Numbered from the stretch's first letter, positions 1-9,355 are shown. The stretch is 64,000 bases of DNA from Candidatus Magasanikiibacteriota bacterium (GCA_030650025.1 JAUSEN010000015.1:13728-77727), one strand, 5' to 3'. Notes: generated from the letters alone by a model not told the origin. Program-made: numbers and translations.

Positions 1-4
1 AGCG

Positions 5-598
5 ATGGGGCGGCCGAGCCAGTTGCTAGATTATTTTTTTCAAGCTAATGGCCTCACCATCACCCTTTCCGGCACTGATGTTGATTATGAGTTTTTGGAA
101 GCTGATCCCAAACTGGCCTGTTCCGAAAGCGAAGTGGCCAATATCTTAGCTTTTGTCAGCGGTCAAAATTCTGGCGTTAAAGATTCGAGCGCGTCAACTC
201 CCACTGCTAAGCCGCCAACGCCAAAAACAGAATCTGAAATCAACCCCACGGCCGCGGATTGTTGCGAAATCATTGTAGCTAGTGTGGTTGGCGCTATCGA
301 AACTAAATCCGGCCAGTCTATTGGCGTTGATGATCGCCTCCAAGTTGGAGACAAGCTTTACACGGTTGATGGCGAACTAGTAATCGGCGTCATTTGCGAC
401 GATGATCCAAATAACGTTAAGATTTTTGTAGTTTCAGCGAGCGAACCAACCGAAATATCTATCATAAAAGGAGCGGACGGCAAACCGGCTGTGAAAACTG
501 ATCCTGGTGAGGCCAAAACTTCCATAAAACAATTACCTCAATTCGCCACCGATTTCCAAGTCAGCACCCCGCGTTTGGTGTGCAGTGTGCGCGGCTAA
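5..598 (+). CDS. hypothetical protein (may continue upstream of window edge)
   Basis: 197-aa ORF starting 4 nt from the window edge; acidic, no recognisable catalytic motif; host-like codon usage. Confidence 0.4.
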   Translation: MGRPSQLLDYFFQANGLTITLSGTDVDYEFLEADPKLACSESEVANILAFVSGQNSGVKDSSASTPTAKPPTPKTESEINPTAADCCEIIVASVVGAIETKSGQSIGVDDRLQVGDKLYTVDGELVIGVICDDDPNNVKIFVVSASEPTEISIIKGADGKPAVKTDPGEAKTSIKQLPQFATDFQVSTPRLVCSVRG

Positions 599-1141
599 CT
601 AGCGTTTCATCTTGTTCAGGCTCACGCTCACGACGTATTGGTTAGCGCCTTCTTCGGTATTATCGCCGCAGGTAACCGTCAAACCAGCGTCGGATTTTGT
701 AAAACTCCTAATCATTACTTTTTCCACGTCCATCTCGTAACTATCGGATTTTTCCCAACCGGCTTTGGCCAAAAGTTCTAGTTGGGCCGCGCACACTGCC
801 TTATAATCATTACTCTCGACTTCATAAGAAAACAGGCCACTACCGCTCGAGCCCACCCAAAAAAAGTTTTTCGCGCTCGGGGTGCTGGGCAAATCAGCCG
901 GTGCGGATTCCGGCCGAGAGTTATTGCCGCCAACCGACAAAGAACCATCCTTGCCCTTAATTGTGACATTGCCTTGCCCATCCGTATTAAAATCAACTTT
1001 ATTGCCACTGGCCTTTTCAATGGCTTTTTCCGCGGCCCGCTCGGCCAGATTTTGTGTGGGGTTGCAACCGGCTCCGGTTAGTAAAATCATTATGGGCAGA
1101 GCCACTAACCCCACCCAAGCATTGCGAGAAAACTTGCTCAT
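599..1141 (-). CDS. hypothetical lipoprotein
   Basis: N-terminal signal peptide with lipobox LLTGAGC; Gly/Ser/Asn-rich mature region; no known domain recognised. Confidence 0.55.
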   Translation of the reverse strand: MSKFSRNAWVGLVALPIMILLTGAGCNPTQNLAERAAEKAIEKASGNKVDFNTDGQGNVTIKGKDGSLSVGGNNSRPESAPADLPSTPSAKNFFWVGSSGSGLFSYEVESNDYKAVCAAQLELLAKAGWEKSDSYEMDVEKVMIRSFTKSDAGLTVTCGDNTEEGANQYVVSVSLNKMKR

Positions 1142-1183
1142 AAATTCAACTTAAATAATAAAACAAACTTAGTTAGTAATAAT

Positions 1184-1669
1184 TTATTTGTAGTAAGATT
1201 TAATTTGAAAGAGGAAATAAAGCGAAATGAGCCCGCTTAGCACGGCGCTAATAAGATTACCTCCGATGAGATTACTTACTAGTTGCAATAAGACAGCGTA
1301 AAAAATCAGCCGCCAAGCTTTTAGGCTTCTTTTAAATAAACCGGGGATAGCCACTGCTTCGAGGGCGATAGTCGCGGCCGCGACCACTAAGCCTAAGTAG
1401 TACCAGCTTCCCGTATAGGCCATACCGCCGAATGAATACATAAAACTCCCTAAGCCCAAGAATATCAAGATAACCGGGAGCGCAATAATAATGCCGAGCA
1501 CCGAAAGCCACGGCGCGATTTTAACGAGCAACTCCTTAATATTAGCCGGCAGACTAAACGGAGCCTTAGTTACTAAATATTGTTCCAAGATGCCCTCGAG
1601 CGATTTTACTCCCGAACCAGATAGTGGGGGAGTGGGGGCGCTTGGCGGGGTGTTGGCTACTGGATCCAT
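1184..1669 (-). CDS. hypothetical integral membrane protein
   Basis: Pro/Ser-rich N-terminus followed by about 4 hydrophobic helices; 161 aa. Confidence 0.5.
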   Translation of the reverse strand: MDPVANTPPSAPTPPLSGSGVKSLEGILEQYLVTKAPFSLPANIKELLVKIAPWLSVLGIIIALPVILIFLGLGSFMYSFGGMAYTGSWYYLGLVVAAATIALEAVAIPGLFKRSLKAWRLIFYAVLLQLVSNLIGGNLISAVLSGLISLYFLFQIKSYYK

Positions 1670-1783
1670 ATGATTTTCTTAATGAATTAATAACTTAATT
1701 ATAATAAATTACCACTAAGAGTGCAAGTGGTATTTTATAAAAGAAGGCTTTGTTTAGATCGCGAAGCGTTAGGCCAAGAATTG

Positions 1784-1856
1784 TGGGACGGCTGGGGTTC
1801 GAACCCAGGACCTTATCCTTAAAAGGGATCTGCTCTACCAGCTGAGCTACCGTCCC
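1784..1856 (-). tRNA. tRNA-Lys (anticodon UUU)
   Basis: Cloverleaf read on minus strand: acceptor GGGACGG/CCGTCCC, D-arm GCTCAGCTGGTAGAGC, anticodon loop CUUUUAA, T-arm CTGGG-TTCGAAC-CCCAG; CCA not encoded. Confidence 0.9.
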
Positions 1857-2011
1857 GATAAATTACACTGACGATTAACTTAAACTTACTAAAAAAACTG
1901 TAATTTTCCTATTTAATAAGTAGACTTTTAATGCTCTAGATGATATACTAAAGCCACTAAAAATGCAAGAGCTTATTTAAGGCGCTTGAGTTATTTAATT
2001 ATAGCAAATAT

Positions 2012-2584
2012 ATGTTAAATAAGAAATATTTCACGACTATCCGTCAAGATCTGTTAGCGTACGCCGAAAAAAGGCGCGAAGTGATTAAAGCCGCGGGGGA
2101 TGCCCAGCATGCCGCCAAAAAGACGATTTTTGCCTTGCAAAGAGATGATCTTAAGGCTGGTACTGAATCTTTAGAGTACGCCAGGGAGAAGCTAACTGGT
2201 TTATACAAAAAATACCAATCCGAGCCCGATTTATTTGCCGAAGGGTCTTACCGCGCTGGTCTCGAAGAATTTGTGGAAGCGACGCTGTTTCAGCAATTTC
2301 TCGATAAGAAAAATTTAGACCAAATTAAAGGCTTGCCGATTGACAGTGACTTATTTGTTTCCGGGCTTTGCGATTTACCGGGCGAAATTTTGCGTTATGC
2401 TATTAAATTAGCCACCGCCAGAAAGCACTCTGATGTTAAAAATTGTCTTGGCGCGGTTCAGGAAATTATTAGCGAGTTAGTAGACATGGATTTAACCGGC
2501 TACAATCGCCAAAAGTTTGACCAAGCCAAGCAAGCTCTTAACAAACTAGAACAAGTTGTTTACGAGCTTAGTCTCAAACCGTAA
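2012..2584 (+). CDS. translin-family protein (putative nucleic-acid binding)
   Basis: 190 aa; conserved blocks ALQRDDL, YRAGLEEFVEA, GLCDLPGEILRYA and C-terminal helix pattern typical of archaeal/bacterial translin-like proteins (by recall, not searched). Confidence 0.45.
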   Translation: MLNKKYFTTIRQDLLAYAEKRREVIKAAGDAQHAAKKTIFALQRDDLKAGTESLEYAREKLTGLYKKYQSEPDLFAEGSYRAGLEEFVEATLFQQFLDKKNLDQIKGLPIDSDLFVSGLCDLPGEILRYAIKLATARKHSDVKNCLGAVQEIISELVDMDLTGYNRQKFDQAKQALNKLEQVVYELSLKP

Positions 2585-2597
2585 TATTGCGTTTAGT

Positions 2598-3914
2598 ATG
2601 TTGACCAAACTCAAGCGCCTTGGGCATTGGTTTATTGCCATTGGCGCCTATTGGTTTTATGGCCGCCCTTCGCGCCACCTGGTTGTTATTGGCGTGACTG
2701 GCACTAAAGGCAAGTCTTCCACCTGTAGTTTTATTGCCTCGGTTTTAAAAGCCGGCGGTTTTAAAGTCGGCCTGCTTTCCACCATTGAAATTGAGATCAA
2801 TAATGAAATAATACGAAATAAAAATCAGATGACCATGCTGGGCCGCGGCCAGATTCAAAAATATTTGGCGCGGATGCTTAAGGCCGGTTGCCAATATGCT
2901 GTGATCGAAACTTCGTCCGAGGGCATATTACAGCATCGGCATCTTGGCCTTAATTATGACATCGTTGTGTTTACGAACCTTGGCTCCGAGCATCACGAGC
3001 GCCACGGTGGTTTCCTTAATTTGAAGCGTGACAAGGGCAAAATTTTTGCTGGCCTCGAGCGCTCATTCCCAAAAATTCTGGGCGGTCGCCGGGTTAAAAA
3101 GACCATTATTGCCAATGTGGATAGCTCGGACGCGGAATATTTTCTTAAGTTTTCCGCCGCTGTTAAGCTTGGTTTTTCCATAAAAAATGCCAACCCCGGA
3201 GCCAGCGCCCTGTGTTCTCAAGTATTTACTGCCAAAAATATTAGTAGCCACGACGCGGGCGCTGACTTCGAAGTTTTTGGGAACCGCTATCATCTCGAAA
3301 TGCTTGGCGAATTTAATATTTATAACGCTCTCCCGGCCATTGCGATTGGCGACGCGATAGGGCTCGCTCCTGAACAAATTAAATTGGGGTTAAACAGCGT
3401 CAAACAAATTCTCGGACGCTTACAATTTATTAACGTTGGCCAGCCATTTTCTTTTGTGGTTGATTATGCTCACGAAGTCATAAGTTTAACCGCGCTGTTT
3501 AACGCTCTGCGCCCGCTGGTTAAGCCGCCCGGGAAGCTCATCGGCATAATCGGTTCTGATGGCGGTGGCCGTGATAAATCCAAACGTTTTAACATGGGCG
3601 CTGTCGCGGGAGAGCTTTGTGATTATGTTATCATCACAGATGTCAACCCCTGGGACGAAGATTCAGAGGAAATTGCTCAGATGTTAGCGGCCGGAGTGAG
3701 AAGTTCTGGCCAGGTGGATAATAAAAATTTGCATATAATTATTGATCGGCGTGCGGCAATCAAGGAGTCTTTTAATTTGGCTGGAGTCGGTGGCGTAGTC
3801 GCGCTCACCGCTAAAGGCACTGAAACCGCGATTATTGGTAAAAACGGCCAGCGCCTGGCTTGGGATGATGCTGGTATTGCCACTGAACTCCTGCGTCGTT
3901 TTTTAAACAATTAA
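2598..3914 (+). CDS. Mur ligase family protein (MurE/MurT/CapB-like ATP-dependent amide ligase)
   Basis: P-loop GVTGTKGKSST after an N-terminal hydrophobic segment; central and C-terminal Mur-ligase-like regions; start moved to ATG 2598 to remove overlap with upstream gene. Confidence 0.7.
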   Translation: MLTKLKRLGHWFIAIGAYWFYGRPSRHLVVIGVTGTKGKSSTCSFIASVLKAGGFKVGLLSTIEIEINNEIIRNKNQMTMLGRGQIQKYLARMLKAGCQYAVIETSSEGILQHRHLGLNYDIVVFTNLGSEHHERHGGFLNLKRDKGKIFAGLERSFPKILGGRRVKKTIIANVDSSDAEYFLKFSAAVKLGFSIKNANPGASALCSQVFTAKNISSHDAGADFEVFGNRYHLEMLGEFNIYNALPAIAIGDAIGLAPEQIKLGLNSVKQILGRLQFINVGQPFSFVVDYAHEVISLTALFNALRPLVKPPGKLIGIIGSDGGGRDKSKRFNMGAVAGELCDYVIITDVNPWDEDSEEIAQMLAAGVRSSGQVDNKNLHIIIDRRAAIKESFNLAGVGGVVALTAKGTETAIIGKNGQRLAWDDAGIATELLRRFLNN

Positions 3915-3939
3915 ATTAGCGTTAATGGCATTTTTAGTG

Positions 3940-3945
3940 TATAAT
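3940..3945 (+). promoter_or_regulatory. candidate -10 box (TATAAT) 8 nt before ATG of FtsB-like gene (possible leaderless transcript)
   Basis: gtgTATAATatt immediately upstream of start codon at 3953. Confidence 0.3.
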
Positions 3946-3952
3946 ATTATTT

Positions 3953-4360
3953 ATGCCAATGGGGGAAAAACGACAAACCAAAAATTGGCTGTTAACGCCC
4001 TGGTTTTTAGGCGGGGCGGTTGTGGTTTTTATTTTTTTGGCGATCGGTTTTGGCCGCGCTTGGTATGAACAAAAACAAATTCGCGACGCGATTGCTTCTC
4101 TCGAGCAAGAAGCCGCGCGCCTCGAATCCAAAAAAATTAAAACTCTCGAAGCGCTCAAGTTTTCGGAGTCGGATGATTTTATTGAAGCCAAAGCGCGTCT
4201 CGATCTTGATCTCGTTAAGCCCGGCGAACAAACCGCCATTATTACGCCGCGCGCTGAACCAAGTAACGCCGCGGCGTCTAGACAGAGCGGCCAAAACATG
4301 GTAAACTCTGCTGACCATAAATCCAACCTTTATTTATGGTGGCAGTATTTTTTTAAGTAA
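3953..4360 (+). CDS. septum formation initiator (FtsB/DivIC-like)
   Basis: 135 aa; single N-terminal TM helix followed by coiled-coil (LEQEAARLESKKIKTLEALK), typical architecture and size. Confidence 0.55.
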   Translation: MPMGEKRQTKNWLLTPWFLGGAVVVFIFLAIGFGRAWYEQKQIRDAIASLEQEAARLESKKIKTLEALKFSESDDFIEAKARLDLDLVKPGEQTAIITPRAEPSNAAASRQSGQNMVNSADHKSNLYLWWQYFFK

Positions 4361-4381
4361 TTAATTATTAAAAACAAGAAT

Positions 4382-5374
4382 ATGGATAATCACGTCGTTA
4401 AATCGAATTTAAAAATATTTTTAACTGGTTTTCTTGGCTTTATTGCCGTGGCCGCAGTTTTAGCCGTTGGTTATTTGGCGTTTAGCGCCTACCGTGCCGC
4501 CCCTACTACTGGCGCCGCCGCCTCTGTGGCCAGTTTTCTCAATTTACCGGCTCTAAGCGTCAATGGCCAGTCTGTTTCTTATCGTGATTACATCTCTGAT
4601 ATGAAGGCCATCAGAATGTTTCAAGCCTTTAGCCAAAGCTCCGGCAGCCCCCTTCCGAGTTACACCGATGAGCAATTATCCGACCAAGTTATTAGCCGTT
4701 TAGCGGGCAATGTGGTTATTGAGCAAACCGCGGCTCGGCTCGTGGCTAGTGTCGCCCCCGAGGAAGTAGCCGCTTTAAAAGCCCAGCTTTTGGAAGAATA
4801 CAAAACAGTTGACGCTGTTAACGCCGAACTTATTAAGCGCTATGGTTGGGATTTAAAAACCTACGAACGCAAAGTAATGAATTCTTATCTTTTACAGCAA
4901 AGCGTAGCCGAAAAAATTTCGACTGACCCGGCCGCGCGCTCTAGCTTACTCTCTCAAGCCGAGTCAGTTTTAAAACAAATTAAAGATGGTGCTGATTTTG
5001 CGCTTTTGGCTAAGCAGTATGGCACGGATGCCACTAAAGATCAGGGTGGGGACTTAGGCTGGTTTAAAACCGGGGATATGGTGCCCCAATTCGAAACGGC
5101 GGCCTTTGCCTTGAAACTTAACCAAGTAACCGACCAACCCGTGGAATCGTCTTACGGCTTCCATTTAATAAAATTAACTGGCCGCAAGACTACCACGAGC
5201 AAAGGCGCGGACGGCAAATTAGTCGCGGCCGAAGAGATTCGCGCTAGCCACATCCTGTTTCCGTTTCCGACTTTAGAAAAATATTTAGCCAACGCTCTGA
5301 AGGACGCTAAAATTAAACTTTACATCAAGGTTCACAATCCATTTTTGAGTGTCGCCACTTCCACCCCAGTCTAG
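4382..5374 (+). CDS. membrane-anchored parvulin-type peptidyl-prolyl cis-trans isomerase (SurA/PrsA-like)
   Basis: N-terminal TM helix; PpiC rotamase domain with GGDLGWF and SSYGFHLIKL motifs. Confidence 0.75.
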   Translation: MDNHVVKSNLKIFLTGFLGFIAVAAVLAVGYLAFSAYRAAPTTGAAASVASFLNLPALSVNGQSVSYRDYISDMKAIRMFQAFSQSSGSPLPSYTDEQLSDQVISRLAGNVVIEQTAARLVASVAPEEVAALKAQLLEEYKTVDAVNAELIKRYGWDLKTYERKVMNSYLLQQSVAEKISTDPAARSSLLSQAESVLKQIKDGADFALLAKQYGTDATKDQGGDLGWFKTGDMVPQFETAAFALKLNQVTDQPVESSYGFHLIKLTGRKTTTSKGADGKLVAAEEIRASHILFPFPTLEKYLANALKDAKIKLYIKVHNPFLSVATSTPV

Positions 5375-5382
5375 GGGTGTTT

Positions 5383-5453
5383 GCGGGATTAGTACAGTGG
5401 TAGTATGCTTGCTTCCCAAGCAAGAGAGGCGAGTTCGATTCTCGTATCCCGCT
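5383..5453 (+). tRNA. tRNA-Gly (anticodon CCC)
   Basis: Acceptor GCGGGAT/ATCCCGC, anticodon stem CTTGC/GCAAG with loop TTCCCAA, T-arm GCGAG-TTCGATT-CTCGT. Confidence 0.9.
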
Positions 5454-5454
5454 C

Positions 5455-6054
5455 ATGAAAAATACTAAACCGCTAAAACTTCTTTCCTTTGCGCCGCTCC
5501 CCACCAAGTTCGGCGCTTTTCAAATATACGTCTTTTTAAGTAAAGATAAATTAGAACACGTGGCGTTGGTTCATGGGAAACCTCGTCAAGAGCCGGCAGT
5601 GGTGCGTGTGCATTCGCAGTGCTTAACCGGCGACACTTTTCAGTCGCGTCGGTGTGACTGTGGTTCGCAGTTAACCACCAGTTTAAAAATATTGGGCCAA
5701 TCAAAATACGGCGTCTTATTATATTTAAATCAAGAAGGGCGGGGGATCGGTCTTGCCAATAAAATCAAAACTTACAATTTGCAAGATCAAGGTTTCGACA
5801 CCGCGGACGCTAATATCAAACTTGGTTTTCCGGCCGATGCGCGCCGCTACGATATTGCCGCCGCCATGCTTAACTACCTAAAAATAAATAAAATTCTTCT
5901 CCTCACCAATAATCCGGACAAAGAATGTCAGCTTTTTTCTGCGGGCATTAAGATAGCCGGCACTTTGCCTCTCGAAATAAAACCAAACCGCGTAAACAAA
6001 AAATATCTCCAAACTAAAAAACATCGTTTTGGCCACAAACTTCGTTTGGTTTAG
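5455..6054 (+). CDS. ribA: GTP cyclohydrolase II
   Basis: RVHSQCLTGD and RRCDCGSQL zinc/GTP-binding signature of RibA; 199 aa. Confidence 0.85.
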   Translation: MKNTKPLKLLSFAPLPTKFGAFQIYVFLSKDKLEHVALVHGKPRQEPAVVRVHSQCLTGDTFQSRRCDCGSQLTTSLKILGQSKYGVLLYLNQEGRGIGLANKIKTYNLQDQGFDTADANIKLGFPADARRYDIAAAMLNYLKINKILLLTNNPDKECQLFSAGIKIAGTLPLEIKPNRVNKKYLQTKKHRFGHKLRLV

Positions 6055-6055
6055 T

Positions 6056-7150
6056 ATGTCCAAAATAACCTCAACAGATTTTAAGCTTCTTTTAGAAACC
6101 CTGGAATTGGCCAAACGGGGCCAAGGTTTCGCTAATCCTAACCCCATGGTTGGCGCCGTGGTTGTGAAGCAGGGTAAAATTATTAGCACTGGATATTTTC
6201 ATGGTATTGGCAAACCTCACGCTGAAATAGAGGCTTTAAAAAATTCTAGGCAAAATGTGGCTGGCGCTACTCTCTATGTAAATATGGAGCCGCACTGTTT
6301 TTACGGCCGCACGCCGCCTTGCACTACCGCCATTATTCGTTCAAAAATTAAGCGTGTAGTTTGTATCACCGCTGATCCCAATCCGAGAGTTACTCGCCGT
6401 GGTTTTAAGGAGCTCCGCGCCGCCGGGATTAAGGTTGATATTGGTGGGCCTATTGCCGAGGCTAATAATTTAAATGAAGCTTATTTTAAGTATTTTGCGA
6501 AAAACAGGCCATTTATAGCGCTTAAGTGGGCGCAAAGCCTGGACGGTAAAATTGCCACTCGGACCCACGATTCTAAGTGGATTTCCAACGATCAATCCAG
6601 GCAATACGCGCACGTGCTGCGCGGTCAATATCAAGCCATTTTAGTCGGGAGCAATACTTTGCGTCAAGACAATCCGCATTTGGGAGCTCGCCACAAAAAA
6701 TTTCCCGATCCAGTGCGAATAATTTTAGACAGCCAATTATCTTTATCGCTTCAGGCTAGAGTATTGCGCGACAAAAATGTTATTATCGCGGCTGGAAGTT
6801 CGGCGGATAAAAATAAAGCCAGATTATTATTAAAAAAAGGATTTACACTCTGGAGTTTTTCTTCAAAACATATTCCCCTTAAACAACTTTTTAAAAAACT
6901 GTATCAAGCAAAAATTTTGAGCGTTTTAGTCGAAGGTGGCGGCGAGGTGCTCGGTTCATTCGTAGATCAAAAGTTATTTGATAAAATTCATGTTTTCGTG
7001 GCTCCCAAAATAATTGGCGGCCGGGCCGCCATCGGCAGTATTGGTGGTACAGGAGTCGCGGAGGTGAAGTTGGCTCCACAGATTAAAAATATATCTTTTA
7101 AAAATTTTAGAGATAATTTTTTAATAGAAGGCTATGCTGAAACCATCTAA
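6056..7150 (+). CDS. ribD: bifunctional riboflavin biosynthesis deaminase/reductase
   Basis: CMP/dCMP-type deaminase zinc motif HAEIEAL...HCFYGRTPPC followed by RibD reductase domain (VLVEGGGEV); start moved to ATG 6056. Confidence 0.85.
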   Translation: MSKITSTDFKLLLETLELAKRGQGFANPNPMVGAVVVKQGKIISTGYFHGIGKPHAEIEALKNSRQNVAGATLYVNMEPHCFYGRTPPCTTAIIRSKIKRVVCITADPNPRVTRRGFKELRAAGIKVDIGGPIAEANNLNEAYFKYFAKNRPFIALKWAQSLDGKIATRTHDSKWISNDQSRQYAHVLRGQYQAILVGSNTLRQDNPHLGARHKKFPDPVRIILDSQLSLSLQARVLRDKNVIIAAGSSADKNKARLLLKKGFTLWSFSSKHIPLKQLFKKLYQAKILSVLVEGGGEVLGSFVDQKLFDKIHVFVAPKIIGGRAAIGSIGGTGVAEVKLAPQIKNISFKNFRDNFLIEGYAETI

Positions 7151-7466
7151 ATTTTTTAAAATTCGTTTTTATGTTCCTCTCGCGCATGCCGAGGTCGTGC
7201 GCTCCGCTCTCTTTGCCGCTGGCGCTGGGCAAATAGGTAATTATTCCGGGTGTAGCGCGTCCTGGCGAGCGACCGGGCGCTTTACTCCGGAATCGGGTGC
7301 CACGCCTTTTGTTGGTAAAGTTGGGCGGGAAGAAGTTGTCGAAGAAGAAGTTGTGGAAATGCTTTGCCACGAAGATATTTTGCCCCGTGCCATCAGTGTC
7401 CTAAAAAAAGCCCATCCTTATGAATCTCCGGCCATTGACATTATGCCAAGATTCGAGATAGAATAG
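7134..7466 (+). CDS. small PII-like protein resembling the insert domain of NIF3/YqfO-family proteins
   Basis: 110 aa; blocks KIRFYVPLAHAEVV, AAGAGQIGNYSGCS, HPYESPAIDI match my recollection of the NIF3-family inserted domain. Confidence 0.4.
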   Translation: MLKPSKFFKIRFYVPLAHAEVVRSALFAAGAGQIGNYSGCSASWRATGRFTPESGATPFVGKVGREEVVEEEVVEMLCHEDILPRAISVLKKAHPYESPAIDIMPRFEIE

Positions 7467-7476
7467 CGCTCGCTAC

Positions 7477-7552
7477 GCCGACTTAGCTCAGCTGGTAGAG
7501 CGACGGTATCGTAAACCGTAGGTCCGGGGTTCGATTCCCCGAGTCGGCTCCA
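7477..7552 (+). tRNA. tRNA-Thr (anticodon CGU), CCA encoded
   Basis: Acceptor GCCGACT/AGTCGGC, D-arm GCTCAGCTGGTAGAGC, anticodon stem ACGGT/ACCGT with loop ATCGTAA, T-arm CGGGG-TTCGATT-CCCCG, 3' TCCA. Confidence 0.92.
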
Positions 7553-7561
7553 GTTTATTCA

Positions 7562-7590
7562 CACCCCTCGATATTGCTCGGGGTGTTTTT
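7562..7590 (+). terminator. rho-independent terminator after tRNA-Thr
   Basis: Stem CACCCC / GGGGTG with 12-nt loop followed by TTTTT. Confidence 0.6.
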
Positions 7591-7602
7591 AATTTCCTGA
7601 TG

Positions 7603-7611
7603 TGCTATAAT
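7603..7611 (+). promoter_or_regulatory. extended -10 promoter element for ftsEX
   Basis: TGcTATAAT (TGn + TATAAT) 17 nt upstream of the ftsE ATG. Confidence 0.5.
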
Positions 7612-7628
7612 AAACGCACCAAGATACT

Positions 7629-8312
7629 ATGATAAAATTAGAAGGGCTGAATAAACATTACCTAACCGGCAATAACCCCGCTCTGATTGATATAAATCTC
7701 CAGGTAGAGCCCGGAGAGTTTGTTTGTATTGTGGGTCAAAGCGGCGCCGGCAAAACCACCCTGGTTAAACTTTTAATTGCTGAAGAAAGACCCACGCGTG
7801 GGAAAGTGCAAATTGGTGATTGGGATATCACCAACATCGCTTCTAATGTCGTACCATATTTGCGCCGTCAAATCGGCGTGATTTTCCAAGATTTTAAACT
7901 TTTACCCAAAAAAACCGTTTTTGAAAACGTGGCTTTTGCTTTGGAAGTAGCCGGGGAATCTGGTTCCAGAATTCGATCAGTGGTGCCTCAAGTTCTCGGC
8001 ATCGTTGGGCTCGACAACAAAAAATATCGCTATCCGGGGCAACTTTCGGGCGGCGAACAACAGCGCGTAGTTATCGCTCGTTCTCTGGTTCACCGCCCGA
8101 AGCTTATCATTGCCGATGAACCGACCGGTAACTTGGACTCAATCAACACTGCCGAAATTATTGAAATATTCAAAAAAATTAATGAATTTGGCACCACGGT
8201 TTTGCTCGTCACCCATAACCGCGAAGTTGTTAATGCTCTGCGTCGCCGCGTCGTCACTTTAGCTGATGGCCGTATTATTAACGACGAACATCAAGGCAAG
8301 TATATTATTTAA
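7629..8312 (+). CDS. ftsE: cell division ATP-binding protein FtsE
   Basis: Walker A GQSGAGKTT, ABC signature LSGGEQQRVVIARSL, Walker B LIIADEPTGNLD; paired with downstream FtsX-like permease. Confidence 0.9.
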   Translation: MIKLEGLNKHYLTGNNPALIDINLQVEPGEFVCIVGQSGAGKTTLVKLLIAEERPTRGKVQIGDWDITNIASNVVPYLRRQIGVIFQDFKLLPKKTVFENVAFALEVAGESGSRIRSVVPQVLGIVGLDNKKYRYPGQLSGGEQQRVVIARSLVHRPKLIIADEPTGNLDSINTAEIIEIFKKINEFGTTVLLVTHNREVVNALRRRVVTLADGRIINDEHQGKYII

Positions 8313-8314
8313 TT

Positions 8315-9226
8315 ATGGCTCTTGGCATTCTTCGTATCATCAAATTTTCGCTTCAAGATATTGCCCGCAATATTGGCTTGTCATTCATGACAGTTTTGAT
8401 TTTAATTTTAACGCTTTTGTCGGTAAACGCTTTGTGGTCGCTCGATATTCTGACGCGCCAGGCAGTCCTGCTCACCAAAAAACAGGTTTCTCTTAGCTTA
8501 TACCTCGTGCCGGATGTAACCGACAAGCAAGTTAAGGAACTAGAGGCTTATTTAAAAAATATTAAACCAGTTTTGGCCGTTAACCTCGTGAGCCGGAGCG
8601 ATGTTTTAAAAAGTTTTCAGGATCGCCATCGCCTCACCCCGGAAATCATCGAGGCGCTCTCCGAGCTTGGCACCAACCCGTTTGGCCCTACGATTATCGT
8701 GCAAGCGGCCGAGCCTACGGATTATAAAATGATTATGGATTCTCTCAATGTGCCGGAATACGCCCGCGTCATCGAGAGCAAAAGTTTTGCCGAGCACGAG
8801 GACGCGCTCGAGCGCCTGCAAAATATTACTAACCGCGTGGAACGAGTAGGTTACAGCCTGACGGTTTTGTTTGCGATTATATCATTTCTTATTATCTTCA
8901 ACACCATTCGCGTCGCCATTTACACCCACCGCGTTGAAATTAGCATTAAACGATTAGTAGGGGCGAATAATTGGTTTATCCGGGGGCCCTATATTGTGGA
9001 GTCGTTTATCTTCACCATTATTAGCGTGGCGGCCACAATGGGGCTAGTTTACCTCGCCCTACAGTGGCTTGATCCTTATTTAAGTGTTATTTTTCCGGAC
9101 AATTTCTCCTTGACAAATTACTATTCTTCTCATAAACTCTCTTTGTTTGGCGCCCAGTCTTTGGCTGTCCTCATTCTGACTCTAGTCTCGAGCAGCCTCG
9201 CCATGCGCAAAGAATTAAAGGTGTAA
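8315..9226 (+). CDS. ftsX: cell division permease FtsX
   Basis: N-terminal TM, large periplasmic loop, three C-terminal TM helices; immediately follows ftsE. Confidence 0.8.
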   Translation: MALGILRIIKFSLQDIARNIGLSFMTVLILILTLLSVNALWSLDILTRQAVLLTKKQVSLSLYLVPDVTDKQVKELEAYLKNIKPVLAVNLVSRSDVLKSFQDRHRLTPEIIEALSELGTNPFGPTIIVQAAEPTDYKMIMDSLNVPEYARVIESKSFAEHEDALERLQNITNRVERVGYSLTVLFAIISFLIIFNTIRVAIYTHRVEISIKRLVGANNWFIRGPYIVESFIFTIISVAATMGLVYLALQWLDPYLSVIFPDNFSLTNYYSSHKLSLFGAQSLAVLILTLVSSSLAMRKELKV

Positions 9227-9283
9227 GCTACAATGTTTAGGCCAACCAAACTGCCTTTAAATCAGGTAGCTCGGTTTATTTAT

Positions 9284-9354
9284 TCCGGGGTCGTCTAACG
9301 GTAGGACAGCAGCCTTTGAAGCTGTTTATCTTGGTTCGATTCCAAGCCCCGGAA
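9284..9354 (+). tRNA. tRNA-Gln (anticodon UUG)
   Basis: Acceptor TCCGGGG/CCCCGGA, D-arm GTCT-AACGGTA-GGAC, anticodon stem GCAGC/GCTGT with loop CTTTGAA, T-arm CTTGG-TTCGATT-CCAAG. Confidence 0.85.
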
Positions 9355-9355
9355 C

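Noticed and set aside
5325-5507. 60-aa minus-strand ORF overlapping tRNA-Gly
   Set aside because: Overlaps a well-formed tRNA and the ribA start; no coding signal.
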